Of a DNA stretch of 64,000 nt, positions 49,472 to 60,323 are shown in pieces (position 1 is the first letter of the stretch; each line of letters begins with the position of its first letter). The notes under the pieces are model-generated. The model was not told where the DNA came from and made no database searches. It worked only from the letters and a program-made list of their open reading frames with translations. A program made the translations under genes and the position numbers. Origin of the DNA: Candidatus Latescibacterota bacterium (lineage in GTDB: Bacteria; Latescibacterota; UBA2968); NCBI GenBank assembly GCA_965116885.1, contig OZ220741.1, forward strand, positions 2,880,001 to 2,944,000. The letters run 5' to 3'.

Positions 49472-49744
49472 TTAAAAAAACTCTGGTGCCTGTGCTTCAT
49501 CTCGAATAACGCGATAATATTCAGGTGCTCGCTTCCGCGATACATTACCTCGTGGAATCGCCAATACTTCAAATTCCAACAGACGGTCGGAAAACGCAAT
49601 GTTCACCCTTTGCCCTGCGCGCAAAACGCGACTCGCTTTGGCTTTTTGCCCATCTACTGTCACAATTCCATTGTCACACGCTCGTTTGGCTTCTGAACGT
49701 CGTCGCACCAGACAACATGTATTTAGATAGATATCTAATCTCAT
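49472..49744 (-). CDS. S4-domain RNA-binding protein (Hsp15/RqcP-like)
   Basis: MRLDIYL...RRSEAKRACD.G.V.VDG..AK. Confidence 0.88.
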   Translation of the reverse strand: MRLDIYLNTCCLVRRRSEAKRACDNGIVTVDGQKAKASRVLRAGQRVNIAFSDRLLEFEVLAIPRGNVSRKRAPEYYRVIRDEAQAPEFF

Positions 49745-49750
49745 ACTATC

Positions 49751-50994
49751 CTATTCCAACCGCACATCCACGTATAATTTCGCCCGCGTTTCTGCCAGTT
49801 TTTCACGGAATAATTCCTGCAAGCGTTCCTGTCCTGCAAATTTCTCTATTGTTGCGGCATCGTCATTGATGCGGAATATATTCCAACCGCCTTCCATTTT
49901 TACGGGCAAACTCACATCACCCGGTTTGAGTGACCGCACCACATCTGCAATTTCGGATGGAAGATTTTCCCTGGGAAGGTCGTCCCTCCAAAATCCGCCG
50001 CGCGATGCTGTTTCTTCAAAGTCGGAATGCTCACGCGCAAGTTCGGCAAAATCAGTTCCGTCTTTAATCTGTTGATACAACGCCATTGCCTTTTGCTGAC
50101 CGGCTTTTTCGTCTTTTTGCAACAAAAACAAAATATGACGCGCCCGCACCTGATCGCCCGAAATTTCCTCGACGAGAATAATGTGAAAGCCAAACTGCGA
50201 TTGTACGAGGTCACTAACCTCGCCGACTTTGAGACTAAAGGCAACGTCTTCAATGCAGGTACCATGGTGCCGCGCCCAAAAAAGCCCAAATCCCCGCCTT
50301 GAGACGCGCTGCCAGGATCTTGTGAGTATTCTTTTGCCAGTGCTGCAAAATCTTCACCTGTCCGAATGCGTTCTAAAACCGCTTCTGCCTGGGGGCGAAT
50401 TTTGTCCTGCTGTTCTGTCGATGCAGCAGGTTCAATAAAAATATGGCTCAATGACACGCTACTCGACTCACCACGGCGGTATTTTTCTTCAAATTCTTTT
50501 ATCTCCCGAGGCGACACACTGACCTGTTGCGCCAGCATTTGACTCATACTGTCTTCTAAATACTGATTGCGAAAGTGTTCTCTGTATTGGTCTCGCATCT
50601 GCCGCTCGGTCAATCCTTCCTTTTTTAATTCTTCGGCAAAATCCGCTGCGCCAAACTGTTCCTTAATGTAGCGAATCTGTGCGCGCACCATTTCTTCCAC
50701 GCGCTCGTCATCTACTTCAATGCTATCTTCACGCGCTCTGACCAATAATAAGTTGCGCTGAATTTCATTTTCCAGAATCTTATTAAACATATTCTCAAGC
50801 TCTGCCTGCGGTACGGTTCGCACATCAATTCTTCGACCGATCAATTCCATCCGCAGCTTGTTTTCCACATCGGAGCGCAACACAATTTTGTCATCTACCA
50901 CTGCTATAATTTTATCCAATAAGATAGGCTCTACATGCGCTGTGCCCGTGAGCAGGAATAATCCGATTAGCAAGTTGATAAATAGCGTTTTCAT
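49751..50994 (-). pseudogene. surA: SurA-like peptidyl-prolyl isomerase, split by a 1-bp frameshift near 50252 (pseudogene or sequencing error)
   Basis: [11 protein letters not shown]urA N-domain and two parvulin domains. Restoring one T gives [30 protein letters not shown]...VRARHIL, which joins the two track ORFs. Confidence 0.8.
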
Positions 50995-51039
50995 ATCGAT
51001 AAATTCCTCGAAATTGGTGAGACGTCAGCAGCCCAGTTC

Positions 51040-51897
51040 TCACTGTGCTCTATTCAATTGCTTCCAATCCACTGACCATTCAATCCGCTCTTTGAGTTCG
51101 GTCAGCAATTTGGCGCGTTGCTCGCGTCGTCGTTCAGTCAGGATGCGTTTCTGAATCTCGCCGCGCACATCGACCAGGTCGCGTATTGATCCCTCGTCGT
51201 CCCGATCCATTACCTCGATGATATGGTAGCCCAATTCAGTGCGTATGCGTATCCGGTGCCCCAGTTTGGCTTCCCGACAGGCCTCCCAGAAAGAGGTGGT
51301 GACCATATCTTCGGTAAAATATCCCAGATCGCCGCCATTTACAGCCGACTGATCGATAGAAACTTCGCGTGCCACCTGCTCAAAAAATTCACCCTTTTGC
51401 AGCCGGTCCCACGTCCGATTCATTGCATTCCTATCTGCCACAACGAGATGCCGTACTCTGAGTTCGAGTTGATTGCGTTCAAAATCTGCCCGATGTTCTT
51501 CGTAATAGGTGAGAATTTCATCCTCTGAGATTTCGGCGTTGCGTGCGTATGTGCGGGTCATTAATTCGTTTGCCAACAGTTGTCTAACAGCGCGATCAAT
51601 GCGATCCGATAGTTCGGAATCCCGGTCGAGTTTTTGTCGCAGGGCTTCTTGGTGGAGGAGTTCTTCCTCAATCCAATTTTCGACCAATCTTTGTTTTTCT
51701 TTAGGCGAAAGTGTGTCTGCAAACGGGGCGGGAATACGCTTCTCCAATGCTTCTATGGTCAGATAGCGATTTCCCACCTGTGCCACGACGGAAGCTTTTT
51801 GTGGCCCCTCACAGCCCCATATGCCAATCAGGCAGATTATTGTGCCGATTTTCAAACACCGCGCTCGTTTCAAAACGCGATCCCCCATTGCGGTCAT
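51040..51897 (-). CDS. PpiC/parvulin-type peptidyl-prolyl isomerase (PrsA-like lipoprotein)
   Basis: IWG-C lipobox-like; VAQVG; VRHLVV; GGDLGYF; GYHII. Confidence 0.85.
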   Translation of the reverse strand: MTAMGDRVLKRARCLKIGTIICLIGIWGCEGPQKASVVAQVGNRYLTIEALEKRIPAPFADTLSPKEKQRLVENWIEEELLHQEALRQKLDRDSELSDRIDRAVRQLLANELMTRTYARNAEISEDEILTYYEEHRADFERNQLELRVRHLVVADRNAMNRTWDRLQKGEFFEQVAREVSIDQSAVNGGDLGYFTEDMVTTSFWEACREAKLGHRIRIRTELGYHIIEVMDRDDEGSIRDLVDVRGEIQKRILTERRREQRAKLLTELKERIEWSVDWKQLNRAQ

Positions 51898-51961
51898 ATC
51901 CCCGCATGTGGCTCTAAACTATTGACAATAAAAAAGGTTCCGACTAATCGAATATACGCCT

Positions 51962-54900
51962 TCAAATTAGGCTCTGCAACACATTTTTAGCCGATTCTAA
52001 CCGCGATTGTGGTCCCTTGCCCATTAGCGCGACTTCGATTTTTGGCGGATCTCCCAGGGCAAATTCCAGGGGGAGTGGTGATTGTGTCACCATCCGTTCA
52101 ATATCCGTTCGCATCAGCGGTTTGTCTGGCGATAGGGTCATTGTCATGATCTGTCCGATTTGCAACTGCGACAACCTGAGTTGGCGGGCCAGGATTTTGA
52201 CCTGTAAGATGTCTAATAATGCAGTTGTAGGATCGGGCAAAGGTCCAAAGCGGTCCGCGAGTTCTTCCTCTATTGCCAGGACTTCCACAGTTTGCCGTAT
52301 CTGGCCCAATCGCTGATAAAACTGCATTTTTTGATCTGTATCCGGAATATAGTCGTCCGGAATATACGCCGAAACGGCTATCTGTACATCTGGCTCAATC
52401 GCGGGTTCGGTCTCATCGCCCTTAATTTGCCGCACGGCTTCGTCCAGCAATCGCGTGTATAAATCAAATCCCACGGCTGCGATATGTCCGTGTTGCTGGG
52501 CGCCGAGCAAGTTGCCCGTGCCCCTGATTTCCATATCTCGCATTGAAATGTGGAAACCCGATCCCAAATCCGAAAATTCTTCGATGGCCCGCAATCGCCT
52601 TACCGCTGGTTTTTTGAGTGCTTGCCACGACGGTACAAATAAATATGCATACGCTCGCTTATTCGATCGCCCCACCCGACCGCGCAATTGATACAACTGC
52701 GCTAATCCGAGGCGATCTGCCCGATTTACGATTAGCGTGTTCGCGTTGGGAATGTCCAGTCCTGATTCCACGATCATGGTGGAGACCAGAACATCGTATT
52801 TGTGCTCGAAAAAGTCCATCATCACTTTTTCGAGTTGCCGTTCGGGCATCTGGCCGTGTCCCATGCCAAAACGCACCTGTGGCAACAGGCGAGTGAGAAA
52901 ACCCATCATCGCGTGCATGGACTGGACCCGATTGTGTACAAAATAAACCTGTCCACTGCGATCTACTTCCCGTAAGATCGCTTCGGCTATGCGGTCTTCT
53001 TCAAAGGCCAGCACTTCAGTCTGAATTGGCAATCGGTCTTTGGGCGGGGTTTGTATGACCGACATATCGCGTGCGCCCATCAGCGACATGTGCAGGGTGC
53101 GTGGAATTGGCGTGGCGGTGAGCGTCAACACATCCACCAGACGCCGCATTTCTTTTAACCGCTCTTTGTGCCGCACCCCAAAGCGGTGTTCTTCGTCTAT
53201 GACCAGAAGGCCGAGGGATTTGAAGTTGACATCTTTTGACAATAACCGATGCGTGCCCACCACAATATCTACGGTGCCTTTCTTCATCGCCTCAAGAGTT
53301 CGCATTTGTTCGGCCCGCGTGCGGAAGCGGCTCAGGACCGCTACATGGATGGGAAATTCGGAAAACCGTTCGCAGAATGTGCGATAATGTTGCTGCGCCA
53401 AAATGGTTGTGGGGGCGAGCACTGCTATTTGTTTGCCGTCTAAAATCGCCTTAAACGCCCCGCGAATCGCCACTTCTGTTTTACCATATCCCACATCGCC
53501 ACAAATCAAGCGGTCCATGGCGGACTGTGCTTCCATATCTTTTCGCACGGCGTCAATCGCTTCTTGTTGATCTCGAGTTTCGCGATAGGGGAACGAGGCT
53601 TCCAGTGCATTCATTTCTGATCCATCAGGTGAAAATGCCGTGCCCGGTTGCGCCTTGCGTTCGGCGTATAATGACACGAGTTCTGCCGCCATTTTGAATA
53701 TGGCTTTGCGCGTCTTTTCCTTTAGCCTCTCCCATGCTACTGTACCCAATTTGCTCAATATGGGTACTACGCCATCTTGTCCAGAATATTTTTGCACCTG
53801 ATTCATCTGATCTACCGGCACAAAAACCCGATCCCCATCTCGATATCCAATGGTCAGACAATCGCTGGATATGCGGCCTATTTCAATTCGCTTCACGCCT
53901 TCAAACCGACCGATTCCGTGATCTACATGCACGACAAAATCGCCGCGCTGAAGAGCGGACACTGTCTTGATTGGCTGTGCATCTTGAAAGCGGCGATACC
54001 GTCGTCTGCGATGTACGCGGCTGTAAATTTCGTGGTCATTGATCAAAAAGACTTTGCCGGGACGGTATGTAAATCCGGATTGTAGTGTGCCTACGTACAG
54101 AGAGACTACATCGGCACTTTCTTCCAGAATTTCTTCCAATCGCGCTTTTTGCCCATCACTTTCACACAGAATGACCACTTCATAAGCGTCCAACCAGTAC
54201 TTTCGCAAATCCTCTTTTAATAGCTGTACATGGCCTTCGTAGTGTCGCCCACTCTGCCCACCCAATTCTACCACTTCTTCAGATATTCCTCCCAGTGCGC
54301 GGTTCAAGACCCGGGGCCTGTGTTCCATTTGCCGAAGTATGATTTTCGGTTGTCGGAGTACGCACCGCGCTGGCAGGGGTTCTGTTTCCGCCCGCCGTTT
54401 TTTTTGTCGCTGCGCGATTTGTTCACACGCGTGCCATGCGTTATCTGCAGCAGCAGCGATACCATCCGGGTCATCGAGGACGAGCCAGCATCCTTCGGGC
54501 ACGTAATCCAACAGGCCCGTTCTCTCGCCGTATAACACACTCAGGTAATGTTCCTGTCCTTCAAAAATGCCTTCGCGCTCCAATAAGTTTCGCACCTCGG
54601 GTAACTCAATGCCCAGATTCCGTTCTGCTATTTCCAGATTTTCCAAATAAATATCTGCCATTGTCAGCGGGAGTACGCTTTCCCGGCAGGGTAAAATGCG
54701 CGTTTCTTCCAATTGCGCGATAGACCGCTGGGTGCTCAGGTCAAATGCCCGGATAGACGAGATTTCATCGCCCCAAAATTCCAGCCTGACCGGGTGTGCA
54801 TTGCCAAATGAACAGATATCCAGGATGCCGCCGCGCATCCCAAATTGCCCCACACCTTCTACAGTTGTTACCCGTTCATATCCGATTTCCACCAGATGAT

Positions 54901-55369
54901 CGGCCAGTTGTAGAGGCGAGATTTCCTGCTCCAGGCGAAGGGTTTTTATACTCAAGTCAAAGAGGTCCGGAGGCAAGGTGTGTCCCATCAAGGCTTCGAT
55001 GGGTGTGACCACAATGCCACCGGCTTTCCGGTGCAACTGGTCCAGTGCCTCCATCCGCAAGCCCACGACATCGAGGTGCGGCGAGCGCCCGTCAAAATGC
55101 GCCACATCCCAACCTGGAAAGTAGCCCACGTGTTCTTCGTCTAATAGCCGCTCCAAATCATTGCGCAATGCCTCGGCGCGGTCCTCATCTGCACATACGA
55201 CTACCACAGGACCAGGTACGGTTTCTTCAATCCATGCGATTGCAAATGCCGATAGCGCCCCGGCGCCGCCGCGCATGGTTACGACCCGCTCTCCCGATTC
55301 CAGTTTTTGCGACAGGTCCTTAAATGGCGTCGAGTTTTTTATTCTGTTGTACAATCTATCAACCGACAT
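51962..55369 (-). CDS. mfd: Transcription-repair coupling factor
   Basis: UvrB-homology N-terminus, VVHVDHGIG RID, GDVGYGKT, DEEH, QLRGRVGR, TRG motif. Confidence 0.97.
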   Translation of the reverse strand: MSVDRLYNRIKNSTPFKDLSQKLESGERVVTMRGGAGALSAFAIAWIEETVPGPVVVVCADEDRAEALRNDLERLLDEEHVGYFPGWDVAHFDGRSPHLDVVGLRMEALDQLHRKAGGIVVTPIEALMGHTLPPDLFDLSIKTLRLEQEISPLQLADHLVEIGYERVTTVEGVGQFGMRGGILDICSFGNAHPVRLEFWGDEISSIRAFDLSTQRSIAQLEETRILPCRESVLPLTMADIYLENLEIAERNLGIELPEVRNLLEREGIFEGQEHYLSVLYGERTGLLDYVPEGCWLVLDDPDGIAAAADNAWHACEQIAQRQKKRRAETEPLPARCVLRQPKIILRQMEHRPRVLNRALGGISEEVVELGGQSGRHYEGHVQLLKEDLRKYWLDAYEVVILCESDGQKARLEEILEESADVVSLYVGTLQSGFTYRPGKVFLINDHEIYSRVHRRRRYRRFQDAQPIKTVSALQRGDFVVHVDHGIGRFEGVKRIEIGRISSDCLTIGYRDGDRVFVPVDQMNQVQKYSGQDGVVPILSKLGTVAWERLKEKTRKAIFKMAAELVSLYAERKAQPGTAFSPDGSEMNALEASFPYRETRDQQEAIDAVRKDMEAQSAMDRLICGDVGYGKTEVAIRGAFKAILDGKQIAVLAPTTILAQQHYRTFCERFSEFPIHVAVLSRFRTRAEQMRTLEAMKKGTVDIVVGTHRLLSKDVNFKSLGLLVIDEEHRFGVRHKERLKEMRRLVDVLTLTATPIPRTLHMSLMGARDMSVIQTPPKDRLPIQTEVLAFEEDRIAEAILREVDRSGQVYFVHNRVQSMHAMMGFLTRLLPQVRFGMGHGQMPERQLEKVMMDFFEHKYDVLVSTMIVESGLDIPNANTLIVNRADRLGLAQLYQLRGRVGRSNKRAYAYLFVPSWQALKKPAVRRLRAIEEFSDLGSGFHISMRDMEIRGTGNLLGAQQHGHIAAVGFDLYTRLLDEAVRQIKGDETEPAIEPDVQIAVSAYIPDDYIPDTDQKMQFYQRLGQIRQTVEVLAIEEELADRFGPLPDPTTALLDILQVKILARQLRLSQLQIGQIMTMTLSPDKPLMRTDIERMVTQSPLPLEFALGDPPKIEVALMGKGPQSRLESAKNVLQSLI

Positions 55370-55404
55370 AAATTTTTAACTTTTCCTCCCAAACAGTACA
55401 CGCC

Positions 55405-55439
55405 AAAAAGCTCGACACATTGTTTGCGTCGAGCTTTTT
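55405..55439. terminator. Terminator after tRNA-Asp
   Basis: AAAAAGCTCGAC...GTCGAGCTTTTT inverted repeat. Confidence 0.8.
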
Positions 55440-55446
55440 GGCAAGA

Positions 55447-55524
55447 TGGCGGGGTAGACGGGGCTCGAACCCGCGACCACCGGCGTGACAGGCCGGTACT
55501 CTAACCAGACTGAGCTACTACCCC
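55447..55524 (-). tRNA. tRNA-Asp (GTC)
   Basis: GGGGTAG/CTACCCC acceptor stem, CCGGC-CTGTCAC-GCCGG anticodon arm, GGTTCGAG T-loop, encoded CCA. Confidence 0.97.
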
Positions 55525-55569
55525 AGGTTTAATTGTAAAATAATCTTCAAAATTCTATGAAGGTGTGAA

Positions 55570-55598
55570 AATTTAACAAGGTGTCTTTTCAGTGTCAA
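55570..55598 (-). promoter_or_regulatory. tRNA promoter TTGACA-N17-TAAATT (extended -10 TG)
   Basis: Consensus hexamers upstream of tRNA-Asp. Confidence 0.7.
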
Positions 55599-55688
55599 GC
55601 AAATTTAATACATTATACCCCTTGTTTTTAGCATCTCATCTCATTATGTTAAGGCGATTTTGCGCCAGAACTTTCAAAGGAGAATTTT

Positions 55689-58600
55689 ATGACTCGACGC
55701 GATGCTGTATGGGTTGTTTGCTTCCTGATCGCAGGTGCGCTCGGTCTTACCTGTTATATTCAGTTTTTTGATCGCGCGCTTCCCGTTGCTTCGCTCAATT
55801 TTCGCGTAGATCGCGAACAAGCATATCAATCTGCTGAAGCATATCTTCACCGTCTGGGTTACGATCTCACAGATTACGAAAGTGCTCAGGTCTTCTCGTA
55901 TTCCAGCCTGCCCCAGGTGTTTCTCGAACGCACCCTGGGTCTTGAGGAAGCCAACCGACTCGTGCGCGAATGGGTCTCGGTATGGTATTGGAACATCCGC
56001 TGGTTTAAGCCACTGCAAAAAGAAGAACTCCGCGTGCGTATTGATCCCGGCGGACGCATCGTAGGGTTTACGCACAGTATCCTGGAGTCTGACGAAGGCG
56101 CGAGTCTTTCAGAAGAAGATACCCGTGTTATTGCGGAGACTTTTTTGACCGATGTGCAGGGCTTTCAACTCGACGATTACGAACCTATCGAAGCGTCGAG
56201 TACTGAGCGTCCCAATCGTATAGATCACACCTTTACTTACCGCAAAAAAGATTTTGTCGTGGGCGATGATGGGCACTACCGCTTGCGCGTTACAGTTAAG
56301 GGCGACAAAGCAGGTTATTTTGCCGAATATCTCAAAGTGCCCGAAACTTTTTCGCGCAATTATCGAGAAATTCGCTCGCGTGCGGGCCTGCTCACCAATA
56401 TTGCTTCGGTTTTCTTTTTTGCGCTGGGTATCGCAATGGTTGTCGTGCTCGTGCGAAAATATCGCCAGCGCACATTGATATGGCATGCTGCTCTTGGCGT
56501 GGGCATTCTCGTGGCTGCTACCAGTTTCCTCGGTGCCGTCAATGGATATCCGATCACGCGCTTTGGTTACGATACCACGCAGTCCTTTGTTTCTTTTATT
56601 CTCACCTTTATCTTCGGTGGTCTGTTGAGTGCTGTGTTGAGCGGGGTTATTATCGCGCTGTCCGGTACAGCCGGGGGAGCTGCCGCCCAGGATGTGGAAG
56701 GCTGGAAAAATCCGCTTGCGCGGCTATCTCTGCGCGGCTGGCGATCCGCGAGTTTTGCTCGCATCACCCTCATCGGTTATGGGCTTGCATTTGCCCACCT
56801 GGGATATGTGACCATCTTTTACATTTTGGGCAATGACTATCTGGGGGTCTGGTCTCCTGCGGCGATGACACAGTACAGCAATACGTATAGTACTTATTTG
56901 CCGTGGATTTATCCCCTGCTTATCGGCCTGCTCGCCGCGACGATGGAAGAATTTTTCTTCCGCCTGCTCGCTATTTCACTGCTCATTCGGTATTTAAAAA
57001 AGACCTGGTTGGCCGTGCTCATTCCCGCGATTGTGTGGGCATTTTTGCACGCGAATTATCCGCAGGAGCCTATTTATATTCGCGGTCTCGAACTCACAGT
57101 AGTCGGGGTCATCTTTGGTATTGTGTTTTTGCGCTACGGTGTTTGGGCAACGATTATTTCGCATTATGTGTACAATTGCTTCCTCGGCATCTATCCGATG
57201 GTGCAGTCCGATAGTCTCTACTTCAAGGTCTCGGGCATTCTGGCGGTTGCGATTATCTTTATTCCGGCGATTCCCGCTATTTTTGGTGTGATTACAGGGC
57301 GCTATAAAGAGATAGAGGAGCCCGAAGAGGTGTCGCTCCCTGAAGCACCAGAGGAGCCAGTATCTGAAACACCGATTTCCGAACCCGAACTACCCCCTGA
57401 ACCCGAGGTCGAGCGCAAAACCCCTTCGGATTATATCATTCCAAAGAGTGGTCTCGTCGTCTTTGGCATTCTCGGTCTGATTGGTTGGTCTGTGTATTTC
57501 ATATCCGACCTCCCGGGATTTGCCAAATACGCCCGCGAGTCCGTTATCACGCGGGCTGAGGCGATTGAGATGGCAGAGGACATCCGGCGTCAACTGGGGC
57601 TCGATCTCGAAGGCTATCAACGCACCACGTCATTTTCCAGCGGTTTTGGATCCGGCCATTTTACACATCTCATTCGAAATGTCGATCTGGCGCGTGCGGA
57701 CACGCTCGCTGCTGAGCATACAGCCTCGTGGCGCTGGAGGGTGCGCTGGTTCAAACCTCTGGAAAAGGAAGAACTCACCATCAGTATTGATGGCAATGGC
57801 GATTTTTGCCGCATATCGCATTATGTCCCCGAAAATCGGGAGGGCGCAGAACTCAGTACTGAAGAAGCGCAAGAGATCGCCGAGGCTTTTCTGTCTGAAT
57901 ATTTACAACGGGATGTGACCGATACGGTCCTTTACAAACGCCTTGAAGCTCGTTCGCAAAAGCGCGAAAACAGAATGGACCACAGTTTTGTGTGGGAACG
58001 CATAGATATCAAAGTTGAAGAGGGCGAATTTCGCATTACTGCCTCTGTACAGGGCGATCAAATCGGTCAGACAAACGCATACTACAAAGCACCTGAAGAG
58101 TTTTTGCGCAAATTGCGAGAACGCACGGCAAAAAGTACCATTGTCTCTACTGCCTCGACAATCGCCGTCATTGTTACGGCTGTACTTGCCATTATTTTCT
58201 TTTTACGCGCCTATCGCGATGGACATGTCAACTGGCGATTGCCCATTTGGGTTGGCATTCTATCTGGTGTGTGCTTTGTGCTCGCAACACTCAATAATCT
58301 GCCTGCGTTCTACGCAGGTTATAATACCAGTGAAGCAATGAGTACTTTTCTCGGAGATAAACTCATTGGCTTCGTCATAGGACTTGTTACTGCTGCGATC
58401 ATGGTTTTTTTACTTTGTGCATTTGGCGATACGATGTATCGCCGTGAACGGCCCGGCGAGATGCAAATTTCCGATTGGATCGATGTGCTTCGCCTGAAGA
58501 TAAATAGCACAGCGCTCTGGTGGCAGGTTGCATTTCTGGTCGTATGCTGTTTGGGTATTGCCAGGGGGAATGGCATTTTTTCATCTTATATCAATCTCAC

Positions 58601-59087
58601 CTATCTCGGCGATTATCTCGTAGCAGGTGGTGGCAGGCCCCCTGAAATCAATAGCTATTTCCCCGCATTTGGGGAGCTAATTGACGAAGTCAACGGTATG
58701 CTCATAGCTCCCTTTGCCATTCTGGGTATTCTGTTTGTCTTTTGGCGCGTGATAGGCAAGATAAATTTGCTGATTCTCGTCGTATTACTCGTGCTTATCT
58801 TCCAATCTGTGGTCTCGCCAGCAAAAGACTTTTACCACGCGGGCATTCTTCTCGCCAAAAGCATCCCCTATTGGGTGATTATGGCTTTTCTCATTTTGAA
58901 GTATATTCGCTTCAATCTGCTCTTTTACGCCGTGATGGCCTGGTGTTCAATTATTTTTGTCGGCATTCGCTATCTCAAATACGATCCCGGTATTTATCAG
59001 GTCAATGGCATTCTCATGATTCTCTTTGGTCTCGTTCCTCTCATTCTTGCCGTTCTCGCAGGGTACAAAGCGCGATCCTCGGCGTAG
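55689..59087 (+). CDS. Large CPBP (CAAX/Abi) family intramembrane glutamic endopeptidase with duplicated architecture
   Basis: EEFFFR, FLHA, HYVYN motifs in the first half; two homologous extracytoplasmic modules (RWFKPLQKEEL / RWFKPLEKEEL). Confidence 0.85.
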   Translation: MTRRDAVWVVCFLIAGALGLTCYIQFFDRALPVASLNFRVDREQAYQSAEAYLHRLGYDLTDYESAQVFSYSSLPQVFLERTLGLEEANRLVREWVSVWYWNIRWFKPLQKEELRVRIDPGGRIVGFTHSILESDEGASLSEEDTRVIAETFLTDVQGFQLDDYEPIEASSTERPNRIDHTFTYRKKDFVVGDDGHYRLRVTVKGDKAGYFAEYLKVPETFSRNYREIRSRAGLLTNIASVFFFALGIAMVVVLVRKYRQRTLIWHAALGVGILVAATSFLGAVNGYPITRFGYDTTQSFVSFILTFIFGGLLSAVLSGVIIALSGTAGGAAAQDVEGWKNPLARLSLRGWRSASFARITLIGYGLAFAHLGYVTIFYILGNDYLGVWSPAAMTQYSNTYSTYLPWIYPLLIGLLAATMEEFFFRLLAISLLIRYLKKTWLAVLIPAIVWAFLHANYPQEPIYIRGLELTVVGVIFGIVFLRYGVWATIISHYVYNCFLGIYPMVQSDSLYFKVSGILAVAIIFIPAIPAIFGVITGRYKEIEEPEEVSLPEAPEEPVSETPISEPELPPEPEVERKTPSDYIIPKSGLVVFGILGLIGWSVYFISDLPGFAKYARESVITRAEAIEMAEDIRRQLGLDLEGYQRTTSFSSGFGSGHFTHLIRNVDLARADTLAAEHTASWRWRVRWFKPLEKEELTISIDGNGDFCRISHYVPENREGAELSTEEAQEIAEAFLSEYLQRDVTDTVLYKRLEARSQKRENRMDHSFVWERIDIKVEEGEFRITASVQGDQIGQTNAYYKAPEEFLRKLRERTAKSTIVSTASTIAVIVTAVLAIIFFLRAYRDGHVNWRLPIWVGILSGVCFVLATLNNLPAFYAGYNTSEAMSTFLGDKLIGFVIGLVTAAIMVFLLCAFGDTMYRRERPGEMQISDWIDVLRLKINSTALWWQVAFLVVCCLGIARGNGIFSSYINLTYLGDYLVAGGGRPPEINSYFPAFGELIDEVNGMLIAPFAILGILFVFWRVIGKINLLILVVLLVLIFQSVVSPAKDFYHAGILLAKSIPYWVIMAFLILKYIRFNLLFYAVMAWCSIIFVGIRYLKYDPGIYQVNGILMILFGLVPLILAVLAGYKARSSA

Positions 59088-59096
59088 GAGGTATCT

Positions 59097-60311
59097 GTGG
59101 ACCATATCCGCACGGCCTGGCCGACTTCGGTGGCGGAGGAGGCGTACTGGCAGTCGATTCGCAAGCAGTATATGATTGCGTCGGATGAAGTTTATCTCAA
59201 TACTGGCTCTTTTGGTTCACAACCCAGGCCCGTGTTTGAGAAGATGCTGGAAATATTGGAGGATGTTGAACGCAATCCTACGCGACATCGAGCGGAATAC
59301 AACAGCGTTGTAGATAACTCTCGTGCCAGCCTGGCGGCGTTTGTCAATGCGCCGGCAGAGGATATTGCTTTTGCCACCAATGTTACTATGGCTATCAACA
59401 TGGTGGTGCATGGGCTGGATTGGCGTCCGGGCGATGAAATCCTGGCTTCCAATCAGGAATACGGCGCGATTGACAATTGTCTGCATCTGGCTGAACGCCG
59501 CTATGGCGTGGTGGTCAAGCGCGCCGAAATTCCCATTCCTCCCGAACAACCTGAAGATATTCTGAAAGTTTTTGAGGATGAATTTACAGATCGTACAAGG
59601 CTGGTTTTTTGCAGCCATATCGCCACTCGTACTGGTTTGATCACTCCGATCAAAGCTATTGCCGAACTGGCGCACGACCGCGGTGCGCTGATTGCAGTAG
59701 ATGGCGCGCACGCTCCTGGGATGATCCCGCTGAACTTGCGGGATCTCGGTTGCGATTTTTACGGCGGCAATTGTCACAAATGGCTCTGTGCGCCCAAAGG
59801 CACTGGTTTTCTTTATGCTTCGCCTTCGATGCAAGAACGACTCAATCATGTTGTTGTGAGTTGGGGATATAGCCAGGAAGGCACAAGGAGGGGAGCAGAC
59901 GGCATTTTGCGGATCAATGACCGTCCGTTTATGTGGGGGATTGAGAACTGGGGTACCCGGGATCAGGCCTGTTTTGCAGCGGTGAGCGCAGCGGTTGAAT
60001 TTCAAGAGGCGGTTGGCAAAAAGCGGATTCGGGAACGGGGACAGCAACTGGCGGCGTATCTGCGGGATCGTTTGGCAGCAACTGGTTGGGCAAAACAGCT
60101 CACGCCTTCCGTGCCAGACCTATCTGGATCGATCTCGGCTTTCCATCTTTCTGGATTTGACGATCTGGATCTTTATGAGCGATACCGGATTACTGTACCG
60201 ACTGCAAAGAGCGATGACGTTTACTGGATGCGCGTTTCCACCCATATCTGCAATGGTTTTGATCATGTAGATCGTCTGATAGATGCTTTAGGCGAAGAGA
60301 GAAATGCCTGA
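59097..60311 (+). CDS. Class V PLP aminotransferase-fold enzyme (isopenicillin-N epimerase / cysteine lyase-like)
   Basis: YLNTGSFG, VDGAH, GNCHKWL, GTRD; GTG start with AGGAGG RBS. Confidence 0.88.
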   Translation: MDHIRTAWPTSVAEEAYWQSIRKQYMIASDEVYLNTGSFGSQPRPVFEKMLEILEDVERNPTRHRAEYNSVVDNSRASLAAFVNAPAEDIAFATNVTMAINMVVHGLDWRPGDEILASNQEYGAIDNCLHLAERRYGVVVKRAEIPIPPEQPEDILKVFEDEFTDRTRLVFCSHIATRTGLITPIKAIAELAHDRGALIAVDGAHAPGMIPLNLRDLGCDFYGGNCHKWLCAPKGTGFLYASPSMQERLNHVVVSWGYSQEGTRRGADGILRINDRPFMWGIENWGTRDQACFAAVSAAVEFQEAVGKKRIRERGQQLAAYLRDRLAATGWAKQLTPSVPDLSGSISAFHLSGFDDLDLYERYRITVPTAKSDDVYWMRVSTHICNGFDHVDRLIDALGEERNA

Positions 60312-60323
60312 CTTGTTTTGTGT

